Virus record (IMG/VR): IMGVR_UViG_2744054576_000007
Coordinates: 1 to 64,000 of that record
Origin: a virus
Taxonomy: Duplodnaviria > Heunggongvirae > Uroviricota > Caudoviricetes
Reading direction: 5' to 3' (one strand)
Length of the DNA stretch: 64,000 nt
Shown here in pieces: positions 39,077 through 48,356 of this stretch. Numbering within the stretch: position 1 is the first letter of the stretch; the number at the start of each line of letters is the position of its first letter. A model generated the notes under the pieces. The model was not told where the DNA came from. It was given only the letters and a program-made list of their open reading frames with translations, and did not search any database. Made by a program: the position numbers and the translations under genes.

Positions 39077-39547
39077 CTAATATGTATTCTTTCTGATTTC
39101 ACTCTTTTTACCTCTAAGCGAATCAATAATTCTTTGTGCTATTTGTGCGTTTTGTGTTTTTGGAACTTGTACATTCTCACACATTGTCTCATCTTTGCTG
39201 AATATTTTTTCATGTTGAAGTTCTCGATTTATACGCCGTTCATCCTCTCTTCCTTTCAAATACGCTTTTCTCAATTCTATTTGCTTATCGGCTTCTTTTT
39301 TGCTTTCCTTGTCTTCATATTCAATATTTACATAATAGTACATCGTCCCATCGGCACCATGTTTCACTTTTGAAATTGCATACTCTTTTTTATCAACCTC
39401 AATACAATCGCCTACTTTCAATAAACCATGAAAGTCATAAGTTTCTTTAATAACAATATCCTCAAGTTTCTTAGTGTTTGTGCGTATAACTCCCGGCAAG
39501 TCAGTTAATACGCAATCATACTTCAATACCTCTTCAATCTTTGGCAA
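39077..39547 (-). CDS. hypothetical protein
   Basis: 156-aa ORF. Confidence 0.4.
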   Translation of the reverse strand: MPKIEEVLKYDCVLTDLPGVIRTNTKKLEDIVIKETYDFHGLLKVGDCIEVDKKEYAISKVKHGADGTMYYYVNIEYEDKESKKEADKQIELRKAYLKGREDERRINRELQHEKIFSKDETMCENVQVPKTQNAQIAQRIIDSLRGKKSEIRKNTY

Positions 39548-39705
39548 TAAATCTCTATACTAACTAATTTGAGTTCCCATGTAATATTCATTCTTATGTC
39601 TTTTAGCTATAACAATTGATTTCATTTGCAATTCCCCTTTCAGTGTAAAAGTTTCATTTTACTTGATCCTTGAATCCCTATCCCATCAAGAATCAAGTGT
39701 GTGTT

Positions 39706-40404
39706 TTATTGTGAAGTTAACTTCAATTTTCTATAGACCTTAAGTGACTCCTTTAAGAATTTCTCTTCATCCTCAGTAATAGGAATATTCCCTTGATCTA
39801 GCGAAATTAGTGGCTTATTATTCTTAGTGATCAAAAGACGTTGTATATATTTTTGAAGTGTATAAACTACATCTACCACTTTTTGATCGCTTACGAAGTC
39901 GATAGCCACCAACGCAAACAATTCACTGAATTTTTTGCCCAACGCGGAACATATTGATACTACTTCGTTTAAATCAATATTGCATTCATTGAAATAACTT
40001 AATCCTATTTCTTCCAATCTTTCTTTCGATATTCCACTTTCAACCGATAAATCGATTAAAGCTTCTTCGTCTTTATTATGGTGATACAAAGAACTAAGAG
40101 CTGATACTTTGTAATTACATTTAATCTCATCAAACATTTGTTCTTCGGAAATCAAGTTGCCAGTAATGTCTTCTCCAATTACAGGGTTATTCTCATGATA
40201 ATGATACGAAATGAGTACATTGTATTTGTTCATACCCATGAGATTCCCAAAGATTAAGGCGCTATTTAAAGTTAAATCTGAAGCTCCAGTCTCATAGTTT
40301 TGAATGCTTCTTTCAGATAAACCTGTCATATTTGCCATTTCTCTCCTCGATAACCCTCTTGATTCTCTGTAATTCTTAATTATGTCTATTAATTTTGGTA
40401 TCAT
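39706..40404 (-). CDS. XRE-family HTH regulator with C-terminal domain (CI-repressor-like architecture)
   Basis: N-terminal RESRGLSRREMANMTGLSERSIQNYETG HTH followed by a ~160-aa C-terminal domain. Confidence 0.55.
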   Translation of the reverse strand: MIPKLIDIIKNYRESRGLSRREMANMTGLSERSIQNYETGASDLTLNSALIFGNLMGMNKYNVLISYHYHENNPVIGEDITGNLISEEQMFDEIKCNYKVSALSSLYHHNKDEEALIDLSVESGISKERLEEIGLSYFNECNIDLNEVVSICSALGKKFSELFALVAIDFVSDQKVVDVVYTLQKYIQRLLITKNNKPLISLDQGNIPITEDEEKFLKESLKVYRKLKLTSQ

Positions 40405-40490
40405 TTTACACCCTCCTTTTATAAATCGATTTTAACATTCCATAGACATATTGTAAATACCGTTATATTACCGAATATAAAATGCTGATT

Positions 40491-40793
40491 TTACTCGATT
40501 AAATAACTAATCTTTTTAGTATGTAATCCAGAATAACTATAAATATCACATTTAAGCGTATTGTCGTTATAGTGCAAATTTTCAATTGTAGCGTTTTGTG
40601 GAATTGTTACCCCGAACATATTGCCAATAGAAGACGTTCGTGTAACCGATTTGTTTTCTATGAACTCGTTTTGATAATCAACCCAACTTGACACATCAAT
40701 CACTCTGGATTGAAAATCCTGAATTTGATCATCGACCATTGATACGTTTGTTTCTATTACCTTTTTCAGATATCTCATTCCTTTCTGCATCAA
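40491..40793 (-). CDS. hypothetical protein
   Basis: 100-aa ORF. Confidence 0.4.
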   Translation of the reverse strand: MMQKGMRYLKKVIETNVSMVDDQIQDFQSRVIDVSSWVDYQNEFIENKSVTRTSSIGNMFGVTIPQNATIENLHYNDNTLKCDIYSYSGLHTKKISYLIE

Positions 40794-41025
40794 AGATCGA
40801 TTTTATTTACTCATGGGATTTTAATTGGTCTAATATTGTTCTATAGTCAGAGACTTTTTCTTTGTAAATTTCAATTCGACTTTGAACTAACTCCAACTTA
40901 TGCCCCAAATCTTCCTTTTCTCTCTCTAAATCAGGAATAAAATTTTCGTAGTAGTCTAGCTGCTGCTCAATAAAATGTTTTGCGCTTTGAACGCTCAGAT
41001 AACTCTCTCCTTTCTTAATGAAATA

Positions 41026-41289
41026 TCAATTTGATTTAGAATTTCTCTTGCTCTTAATCTTCTTTAATAACCCTTTACTGCTAACAGTTAAGCTCCCACC
41101 CCAGATGCCGAAATAAACCAAAAACACTAATGTAAAAGAAAATACATGTATCAAAAGAAATATTGTCATCCAAGCAGCCATACCCAGTACAGTAATTTTT
41201 AGCGATGCCTCTGGTAATATCGCAGATGCTAGTAAAAGAACAAATAGCCAGATATAGCTTAAATAATGTCTTTTCAAATGCTTTTTCAT
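41026..41289 (-). CDS. small membrane protein (2 TM)
   Basis: 87 aa with a hydrophobic core. GGAGGTAG ribosome-binding site. Confidence 0.45.
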   Translation of the reverse strand: MKKHLKRHYLSYIWLFVLLLASAILPEASLKITVLGMAAWMTIFLLIHVFSFTLVFLVYFGIWGGSLTVSSKGLLKKIKSKRNSKSN

Positions 41290-41626
41290 ATAATACTACC
41301 TCCGTTGATATTCCAATTTAGCCGTTTTGGATTCCCTACTCCACCATAGACATATAGTGGCTCTTTGTATTCGAAATATTTATTTACCTGTGTTTCACTT
41401 AGGAAGTAACAATCCTTTTCGATAAAACCAATTGAATTAGATCCATATGTAGTAATAAATTTATCAGTGCTGTATGTATCAATATTGTAAAAATGTCCTT
41501 TTAAAAACTGATGAGCTATACCTAATTTGTCTTCTAGAACTGTACTAGTTAAAGCTTGATAAATTGCTATCCCTCCGAAAATTCAAAATAAAATCTTTAT
41601 TTTATGTATATTTCTTAGACTCTTCA

Positions 41627-41896
41627 TTAGCCCAAAGTCAACTGAACTTCTTTATTTTTAACAATTTCAATGACATCATCTTCATTCACTATTGTTCCAA
41701 TAGCAACATCATCAATATTGTCAGTCCATTTCAATAAAACTGCGCCTCGATGCTCTAAGTAAACAAATCCATACAACTGACTATTCTTATCGTACACAAT
41801 CAAGATATAACTTCCTTGAGCAGTAATTAGAATATCCCCGTCTTCAGCCTTCACTTTTTTAATATCTTTATTGTTTATAATTTTCATTAGAGCCAC
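41627..41896 (-). CDS. hypothetical protein
   Basis: 89-aa ORF. Confidence 0.4.
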   Translation of the reverse strand: MALMKIINNKDIKKVKAEDGDILITAQGSYILIVYDKNSQLYGFVYLEHRGAVLLKWTDNIDDVAIGTIVNEDDVIEIVKNKEVQLTLG

Positions 41897-41937
41897 CTTA
41901 TTTCACAAATATTCTCTGTTTTTCATGTTCGCTTTCA

Positions 41938-42339
41938 CTAACACATTGGTTTATTGTTTAAACTATAATAATAATGGTCACTTTCTTTTTTAACTTCCAG
42001 TATGCGATTCCATATGAGATCGCCAAGCGATGCTTCAACAAGACACTTCTGATGCGTCTCGAATCGTTTTAAAAGAGCACTTCTCTCTACACGTTCCTCT
42101 GATTTTACGATTTTAAGCATTTCTTTTTCGATATCCCATTGCCCATTGTTTCTTTTTTGCCATTCTTTGTGCACGTCTCGCTCCTTAATACTGCCTCCAC
42201 ACACACTACAAGCAGCAAAAGTAATTCCAGTTATTTTGATACTTGCTGTTTTTGAGTTAAGATGACCACAGTCCCTACATTCGTATTTCTTTGGAGGCCG
42301 TGCTTTTAATGCTCCTGTCTTGGTAAAAAGCTCACTCAT
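41938..42339 (-). CDS. zinc-ribbon-containing protein
   Basis: CRDCGH...CSVCGG near the N-terminus. 133 aa. Confidence 0.4.
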   Translation of the reverse strand: MSELFTKTGALKARPPKKYECRDCGHLNSKTASIKITGITFAACSVCGGSIKERDVHKEWQKRNNGQWDIEKEMLKIVKSEERVERSALLKRFETHQKCLVEASLGDLIWNRILEVKKESDHYYYSLNNKPMC

Positions 42340-42372
42340 ATATCCTTCTCCTATTCTGATAAAGTACAGGTT

Positions 42373-42555
42373 TTACTTAGATGCAATTTCTAGGCGTTGA
42401 ATGAACTCCTGAACTTTTAGTCCATATTCGGTTCTGCTCTCCTTGGCTGCATCAATAACACGACTTATATCTGTTCCCTTAGCCACTACTTGCTTAATCA
42501 TCTCATCAACCGAAGTCTCATTTATGTATTTAATCGTCTTAGTCCTGCTCATCAA
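42373..42555 (-). CDS. hypothetical protein
   Basis: 60-aa ORF. Confidence 0.35.
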   Translation of the reverse strand: MMSRTKTIKYINETSVDEMIKQVVAKGTDISRVIDAAKESRTEYGLKVQEFIQRLEIASK

Positions 42556-42708
42556 TATACATCCATTTTATCTTCAACAATCTGCTTCAAGTCATCAATC
42601 TTATCTCGTAATTCTTGGAGTTCTCCATAATCAATGTCATCCATATCTAAATACTTATACAAATCAGATAACCGTTCAAAATTAAAAGCCAACATCGATA
42701 TCCCTCCT

Positions 42709-43233
42709 TTAGTAATCTTGCTCTGTCTGGATTATTAGATCGATGATATTTACCGCTTTAACAAATTCATAATTAATTACTTGATAATCAAAGCGTTTCT
42801 TTCTAAATTTACGACCATCTCCAGAAATACGTTTGAGGATTTTATCTACACTATCTCCTCTATTTTTCATACGTTCCATGCGAGTTTCCTTATCTACTTT
42901 TAGATAAATAACTACAAATTCAACGTCTTTTACAGTTTCCTTTAGCTCTTTAGTTCCGTCTGGATCTACCACATAAATATCAGTACTATAAATTTGATCT
43001 TTCGTACTAAAATAATGATTACCATCAAAATAACTGTAAGCTGCAACTTGTTTATCTCTTTCAAGTTGTTCATATACTTCATTTGAAGTAAAAATGTGTC
43101 CCCATTCATTCTCATGTCTTGGTTGACGCGTTGTGTAGGACTGGAGGATATTATATCCTCGTCCTTGTAATGCTTTAGCAACCTCCGTTTTACCCGAACC
43201 TGAATATCCCATTAGCAAAAATACTTTTTTCAT
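42709..43233 (-). CDS. guanylate kinase-like nucleoside monophosphate kinase
   Basis: P-loop GYSGSGKT and SYTTRQPRHENEWGHIFTS match the guanylate-kinase TTRxxRxGExxGxxYxFvS pattern. Confidence 0.55.
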   Translation of the reverse strand: MKKVFLLMGYSGSGKTEVAKALQGRGYNILQSYTTRQPRHENEWGHIFTSNEVYEQLERDKQVAAYSYFDGNHYFSTKDQIYSTDIYVVDPDGTKELKETVKDVEFVVIYLKVDKETRMERMKNRGDSVDKILKRISGDGRKFRKKRFDYQVINYEFVKAVNIIDLIIQTEQDY

Positions 43234-43709
43234 TTGTTATCTCCCCACTTAATCACTCGTACTTTTACATGTCTCTTTCTACCAAATTGTCTTGCTTCAT
43301 TTTCTGTTCTGACATACACATCAATTTTGTGACCTTTAATTGCTCCACCTTTATCCTGCACTACTCTTCTACCTACACCATCTATATAAACCACTGTCCC
43401 CTTAGGCAGTACCCTCCAGTCAGCAGCTATTGTTTCGCCAGCCTTTGTCATTTTACCTGAAGCTGTTCTGCCATAGTCTTTGCTATGTACACTTCTTCCT
43501 TGATTATTGGTGTATGCTGTTAACTCAAATCGTTCCCATGTATATGTATCTTTCTTATTCTTCACTTGTTCGATCTCATCCAACTTAGCAACCTTTACTT
43601 CCTGCTTAATGGTCGTGTTTTTCATTTCTCGTACTTGATTGACACTTTGTGCTTCAGTGTTGTTGCATACTGATAGCGCCAATAGCAGAGAGAGGATTAG
43701 CTCACCCAA
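43230..43709 (-). CDS. secreted 3D-domain protein (YocH/MltA-like double-psi beta-barrel, cell-wall active)
   Basis: Signal peptide, then ELTAYT...SGK...IAADWRVLPKGT...DKGGAIKGHKIDVY, the 3D-domain signature. Start overlaps the stop of the upstream kinase gene. Confidence 0.6.
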   Translation of the reverse strand: MGELILSLLLALSVCNNTEAQSVNQVREMKNTTIKQEVKVAKLDEIEQVKNKKDTYTWERFELTAYTNNQGRSVHSKDYGRTASGKMTKAGETIAADWRVLPKGTVVYIDGVGRRVVQDKGGAIKGHKIDVYVRTENEARQFGRKRHVKVRVIKWGDNK

Positions 43710-43780
43710 CGTATCACGCTCCTGTTTTAGTATGAAACCCCACTTTTAAAGTGAGGCTATTACTCATAAAAATCTATAAA

Positions 43781-44233
43781 TTAATATTCATAAAATTTAA
43801 TTGAGGGTTTAAGTTTATCTTTTTTATCAAGCATTGATTTATCCCTTTTATTCCTCAAAAGGTCTACTGTATTCAAAAAGTTCGATACCTCTTTACTATT
43901 AAGAATCAACTCGTTGTTGTAAGTATACTCAATAATATAGGAGTCTAATTCCTTCTGTAGATTGCTGGTTAATGTCTGTCCATATTTCAATGATTCTTTT
44001 AATTCCTCGCTCATTATTCCTCTTTGAATAATTAAAGAGAAATCGTACACGCAATCTTTTTCTCCATCAGTATTTATAAAATTCATCTTTGTGATTGGTC
44101 GAATACTCAAGTCGCTTTTTGCTTCAAAATTCTTCTGTTTTAAGATTCCAATAGCCAAATCTTTGCTCATTCTTATCATTAAAAAACTCCTTTTGAGTCC
44201 ATATGTCATTGTAAAACAGTTGACTTCGTACAT
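43781..44233 (-). CDS. hypothetical protein
   Basis: 150-aa ORF. The start may be an internal Met. Confidence 0.4.
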   Translation of the reverse strand: MYEVNCFTMTYGLKRSFLMIRMSKDLAIGILKQKNFEAKSDLSIRPITKMNFINTDGEKDCVYDFSLIIQRGIMSEELKESLKYGQTLTSNLQKELDSYIIEYTYNNELILNSKEVSNFLNTVDLLRNKRDKSMLDKKDKLKPSIKFYEY

Positions 44234-44290
44234 ATGGACTTTTATTTATAATAAAAAATAATAAAATCTGTCTTTTACTGAATCTATGTA

Positions 44291-45469
44291 TTAAGCTGGC
44301 AACTGGAACTCGGTAATTAATTTAAGTGCTTTGGTAAGACCATCCACATCTGAAACTGTTGGGTATGCTGCTGTTCCAAGAATTTTTTTGAATTCAGGAA
44401 CAATGTATTTTGTTAGTTGATCATTAGTATATCTTTCTTTTTGTTGATTAATTTGATTAATTAAATCTTCAGCATTTAGTTTCTCTACCTCTTGTGTTGC
44501 AAATTCCTTAGCTTGTTCATTACGTTCTTGTTCTTGTTCTACCTTCAGTTCTTCAACGTTCTTCTTTGTTTTTTTTAGTTGCCCCTTAACCGCATTCTCA
44601 AATACCTTCATGAAGTTTTCTGCACTATACTCTACTGGCTCTTCTGGGAGGTCTGTATAACTTCCACCAGCAATAGAGATGTACTCAGTTGGTCTAAAAA
44701 CCATTACTGTACGAGTTTCATGGAAGTTATGACCTTTTTCTTTTCCTGCTTTAGTCTTAACATTTTCTGAAACCTCGCTACCTGCTTTGTCCGTAACCAC
44801 AACTTCATTAAATAGGCAGCAAATCAATCTTGCTTGGGATTCAAATATCTTTCTTCCAGTTTGATGCATCATAAGTTCAACAGAATTATATTTCATGCCA
44901 TTATACAGAGTGGTTTCTTTTTCCTTAGTCCATGCCATTGCCATAATTCCATATTTAGCTGCTTTAAGAGCATCGATAGGCTTTTTCATTTCATCGTAGA
45001 GTGCAGTGTATCCATTCTCTGCCCCCTTAGAAGCTTCAGTTAGTTCTTGCAATGAAACAAGTCGAGCGACACCATATTTTTTTGCTCTATCTTTTAGTAG
45101 CCAAGCCGTTGCTGCATCAATACAACGATCTGCCGTATCGAATCCGATCAACTTAACTTTTTTATTTTCTTTTGCTTCTTGAACGAGACCGGGAACCACG
45201 TCTTTCTTAAAAAACTCCCATTGCTTCCAAGCATCTTCGTCCGACCCTTCTTCAAAAATAGGTAGAACGTTTTCCTCCAATTCCCAAGTCTCGAATCCTG
45301 GCTCCCACGCGATAAGCAGTGTTTCTTCTACTGGATTTTTGTAGTGCATTTCAGTTAGTTCTTTCCAAAGTCGTGTTTTTCCTGTTTTATACGTACCTGC
45401 AACCAGACTTGTGATAGAATGCAGCTCAACTTTAGGCGTATTACCTACAACTTTATTTCTCCAACTCAT
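44291..45469 (-). CDS. AAA_24/Sak4-like P-loop ATPase (recombination or replication associated)
   Basis: N-terminal Walker A VAGTYKTGKTRLW and Walker B-like LIGFDTADR, with a long coiled-coil C-terminal extension. Adjacent to the SSB-like gene. Confidence 0.45.
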   Translation of the reverse strand: MSWRNKVVGNTPKVELHSITSLVAGTYKTGKTRLWKELTEMHYKNPVEETLLIAWEPGFETWELEENVLPIFEEGSDEDAWKQWEFFKKDVVPGLVQEAKENKKVKLIGFDTADRCIDAATAWLLKDRAKKYGVARLVSLQELTEASKGAENGYTALYDEMKKPIDALKAAKYGIMAMAWTKEKETTLYNGMKYNSVELMMHQTGRKIFESQARLICCLFNEVVVTDKAGSEVSENVKTKAGKEKGHNFHETRTVMVFRPTEYISIAGGSYTDLPEEPVEYSAENFMKVFENAVKGQLKKTKKNVEELKVEQEQERNEQAKEFATQEVEKLNAEDLINQINQQKERYTNDQLTKYIVPEFKKILGTAAYPTVSDVDGLTKALKLITEFQLPA

Positions 45470-45557
45470 TAATGAATCTCTCCCTATTATATGTATTTAT
45501 GTTTGTTCTGCGCTTTTACGCACAAGCCGTTTTCTAATAAATTGTAAGAATCTACTC

Positions 45558-46712
45558 TCACGCGAAAGGATCGTCGCTATTTACGGTAAATGGATCATCG
45601 GATGGATTGGCTGTTTGGTTAAACGGATCATCACTTGCAACACTGCCACCAAATGGATTTTCATTTGTCAAAACAGCAGACTTCTTGACCTCTTCTTCAG
45701 TAAGCAGTTCACGCATAAGGCTTCCCTGGACATAACTGGTTACTTCAAGTCCCTTTTTGTCTCCGTTTGTCACACGTTCTTTTCTTGTTACTTTTTGAGT
45801 ACTATCTACACTACTAAAAGGATCGTCCGAAGCTAGTTCTTCCACTACATCTACGTAGGCAAATGTTGCCCGGTTATTATCTTGTCCTGTTGCTTCGATG
45901 AAATCATATGTATTCAAACTTGCAAATGCATCTGCCATTGAAATCTTTCCTTCTGCTGCCTCTGTTTGATAACAAATCAATTCAACTTCTTTTGGCTCAG
46001 AACGTTCTTTCCCATAATCAAGAAATAGTCCGTTTATTTTTGTATCTCCACCTTCTTCTTGATAAGTGCTTCGAATACCAAGTTGCATTGTAAAGTAATT
46101 TACTTCTCTGAAATTTTCATCATTAAAGTCTGTAATGTAATCAAATTCTTCTCCAGAGTGCTTAACTGTTTGAGTTGTGCCATCATCGTTAACAATCAGG
46201 CCATCTTTGATTAGGCGAACAGAATTGATGATGCGTTTCAGATAAACCTTTTCCTCGCCACTGTCTGGAGTAAAGACATCAAATTGATATTGTCCTCTTA
46301 CTTCATACCACTCGTCTACTTTAATCAACTCACCAAGCCGCTCTGTTTTATCCCAATCTACTTCAATCGGATGATATGTATTGTCTGGAAAAGCTTCTTT
46401 GTTATTTCTGTCAGCCCAAGCTACTTTGTGAGGTTTTTTATGTGTACTACTATAAGGATAAGCCCATTGCTGTTCCATACCCGACAATTCCACTCGAAGG
46501 CGATTACTCAATGCTGTTTCAATTTCAAATTGCAGTACTCTACGTTGTTTATTTGTTTTCGTAGTTGTTTGTTGATAAATAGGCTGTTTAACCCAACTGT
46601 CTGTTTCTTGATCCTTTTTGCTAATCTCACTTACTTTCCCGATAAATCGAAATGCGCTTTTAAATTCTTTGCCACCGTGCTTCTTGTTCACTTTAATCTT
46701 ATAGTCTGCCAT
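45558..46712 (-). CDS. SSB-like ssDNA-binding protein with four tandem C-terminal DDPF (SSB-Ct-like) motifs
   Basis: 384 aa. C-terminal SDDPFS...SDDPFN...SDDPFT...SDDPFA echo the bacterial SSB DDDIPF tail. Lies next to the Sak4-like ATPase. Confidence 0.4.
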   Translation of the reverse strand: MADYKIKVNKKHGGKEFKSAFRFIGKVSEISKKDQETDSWVKQPIYQQTTTKTNKQRRVLQFEIETALSNRLRVELSGMEQQWAYPYSSTHKKPHKVAWADRNNKEAFPDNTYHPIEVDWDKTERLGELIKVDEWYEVRGQYQFDVFTPDSGEEKVYLKRIINSVRLIKDGLIVNDDGTTQTVKHSGEEFDYITDFNDENFREVNYFTMQLGIRSTYQEEGGDTKINGLFLDYGKERSEPKEVELICYQTEAAEGKISMADAFASLNTYDFIEATGQDNNRATFAYVDVVEELASDDPFSSVDSTQKVTRKERVTNGDKKGLEVTSYVQGSLMRELLTEEEVKKSAVLTNENPFGGSVASDDPFNQTANPSDDPFTVNSDDPFA

Positions 46713-47015
46713 ATGTATATTATTTCTCCTTTTTATGTTTGATTATTTTTATTTGATTAATTTAAGTCTAATCAATCATAAAAAAGGAGGGCTTCTCAGC
46801 TTGTTCTTGATTCATATCACCACCTTGTTAAGTGAGATGTATTGCATCTATATAATCGCACTTGGCGTTATTATTGTATGTACTTCTTTAAGAGTTATTT
46901 TAGCTCCTACATTGAAACTAAGTAAATCCGCTATCGTAAGACCTGTTCATGTTTTGACATCTCCTTTCAGTTATATCTTATCTATATAATCACACATTTT
47001 TGTGTGTTATTTTCT

Positions 47016-47092
47016 TGGTGGGTCTTGAGGGATTTAAACCCCCGACCAATCGGTTATGAGCCGACCGCTCTAACCAACTGAGCTAAAGACCC
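47016..47092 (-). tRNA. tRNA-Met (anticodon CAT; could also be initiator or lysidine-Ile type)
   Basis: Manual cloverleaf fold. Acceptor GGGTCTT/AAGACCC, D-arm GCTC-AGTTGGTTA-GAGC, anticodon stem GTCGG/CCGAT around the loop CTCATAA, T-arm GGGGG-TTTAAAT-CCCTC, discriminator A, encoded CCA. Confidence 0.75.
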
Positions 47093-47279
47093 TTCTTCAT
47101 TGCCTTTTGGTAACAGTCTATCTTGATAAAAGTATTCTTTTACTCGTATTATCTTTTACTTAATCTTTGCTTCTATTTAAATATATCAGCATTCATAAAT
47201 TAAGTCAATAGACTATTTATTTATTTTTATATTTCAACTCATTTATGTAATTTGCCGAATCTGTGTCGGCATTATACTT

Positions 47280-47660
47280 CTAGGCTAAGTACGCCAATCT
47301 AATCATTGCTGTATATTTTCCGTTTTTAGCGTAGGCATTATATATCTTCTCAGGATTATTCGTTTTAAATTTAACCAATATACATTTTTCCGCTTTTTCT
47401 TGGCACAATTTCTCTAAAGCTCTAACTTTGTCTTCTAAGTAATCAGTAATAAAATCTTCTTTATTTTTATATCCGAATTGATCGATTAATGCCCTTCTTT
47501 TCTTCCCAAGAAACTCCAACTCTAAGCCTTTTTGTTTACAACAGTAAAAGAACATTTCACTTCTATCGTCATTTGAACGTAAAAGAAAGCTCATCAAATT
47601 GATAACTATATCTGCCTTTTCAGGAATCTGTAATGCTTCGACTAGCTCTTCATGCTGCAT
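47280..47660 (-). CDS. hypothetical protein downstream of a LexA-box promoter
   Basis: 126-aa ORF. A ~150-nt leader separates it from the promoter and Cheo box at 47821-47874. Confidence 0.4.
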   Translation of the reverse strand: MQHEELVEALQIPEKADIVINLMSFLLRSNDDRSEMFFYCCKQKGLELEFLGKKRRALIDQFGYKNKEDFITDYLEDKVRALEKLCQEKAEKCILVKFKTNNPEKIYNAYAKNGKYTAMIRLAYLA

Positions 47661-47820
47661 AACTTTTCTCCTCTGTAATATTTTTTCTATACATTAATTA
47701 TATGATATTTCCAGAGTTAGGCAACTGAAATTCATATGATATGAATATTTCTTGACAAAACCCTTAATATGGAATGTACTACAATATTTATGTCGCAAAA
47801 TGTCGAAAATCTAAAAAACG

Positions 47821-47834
47821 AGAACATTTGTTCT
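47821..47834 (-). promoter_or_regulatory. Cheo/LexA-type SOS box AGAACATTTGTTCT
   Basis: Perfect GAAC-N4-GTTC dyad. Located 10 nt downstream of a minus-strand promoter: -35 TTGCAT (47869-47874), 18-nt spacer, -10 TATAAT (47845-47850). Confidence 0.55.
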
Positions 47835-47914
47835 GATTTACTTCATTATACCAATACCAAAAGGTAAAATGCAAGAAGCTGCCACTATTTTTATGTATTA
47901 TTGAAAATTTTATT

Positions 47915-48280
47915 TTACCTTTTGAAGTAACTTAGTATTTTTTTCAAGTGTATTGCAGTTACATCAACAAAAGAATTTTTAAGTCTGTTAACATAAATCT
48001 TGTAGCTCTTTTCATCTATGTGTTCAATTTTTCCTATCTGAACCATGCTTCCCCTACTTACTTTTTCGAACTCTGGTAGTTCTTGAAACAATCTCATCGT
48101 TTGATCTACTCTAGTCTCGTCTATGTATTCACCGTCATCGGTCAAATATATAAGTGTAGTTCTTCCGTTTTTTGTCTCAGATTTAAAGGCTTTTATTTCC
48201 CCCACTTGAAGCATAATCGCCTGATCATGTATTTTTTTACCTTCTCTTTTTACTACTTTGATTGTATCAGTTAACTTCAT
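47915..48280 (-). CDS. LytTR-family DNA-binding domain protein with no receiver domain
   Basis: 121 aa. IMLQVGEIKAFKSETKNGRTTLIYLTDDGEYI...FEKVSRGSMVQIGKIEHIDEKSYKIYVN aligns with the AgrA C-terminal LytTR domain (FFRCHRSFLVNLRHIKKID). Confidence 0.5.
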   Translation of the reverse strand: MKLTDTIKVVKREGKKIHDQAIMLQVGEIKAFKSETKNGRTTLIYLTDDGEYIDETRVDQTMRLFQELPEFEKVSRGSMVQIGKIEHIDEKSYKIYVNRLKNSFVDVTAIHLKKILSYFKR

Positions 48281-48356
48281 TGGAATTCACCTCGATTTGT
48301 TTACTCGCCTTGCAAGCTTTATTTTTTACAAGGCGATAAACATTTGTTTCACTTAA

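Noticed and set aside
40800-41000. Possible ~60-codon minus-strand ORF (…SVQSAKHFIEQQLDYYENFIPDLEREKEDLGHKLELVQSRIEIYKEK…) with an AAGGAGAG motif.
   Set aside because: No in-frame ATG, GTG or TTG after the upstream stop; only a CTG lies near the ribosome-binding site. Looks coding, but initiation cannot be supported from sequence alone.
46735-47015. Region between the SSB-like gene start and the tRNA, containing nested palindromes (AAGTG…CACTT around AGATG…CATCT) and TTGATTA-N9-TAATCAA.
   Set aside because: Probably promoter or operator and tRNA-processing context. No ORF or RNA gene could be supported.
47251-47269. Hairpin TGCCGA-atctgtg-TCGGCA just below the 47280-47660 gene.
   Set aside because: No adjoining U-tract on either strand. 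Could be a weak terminator or just a small palindrome. Insufficient evidence to call.
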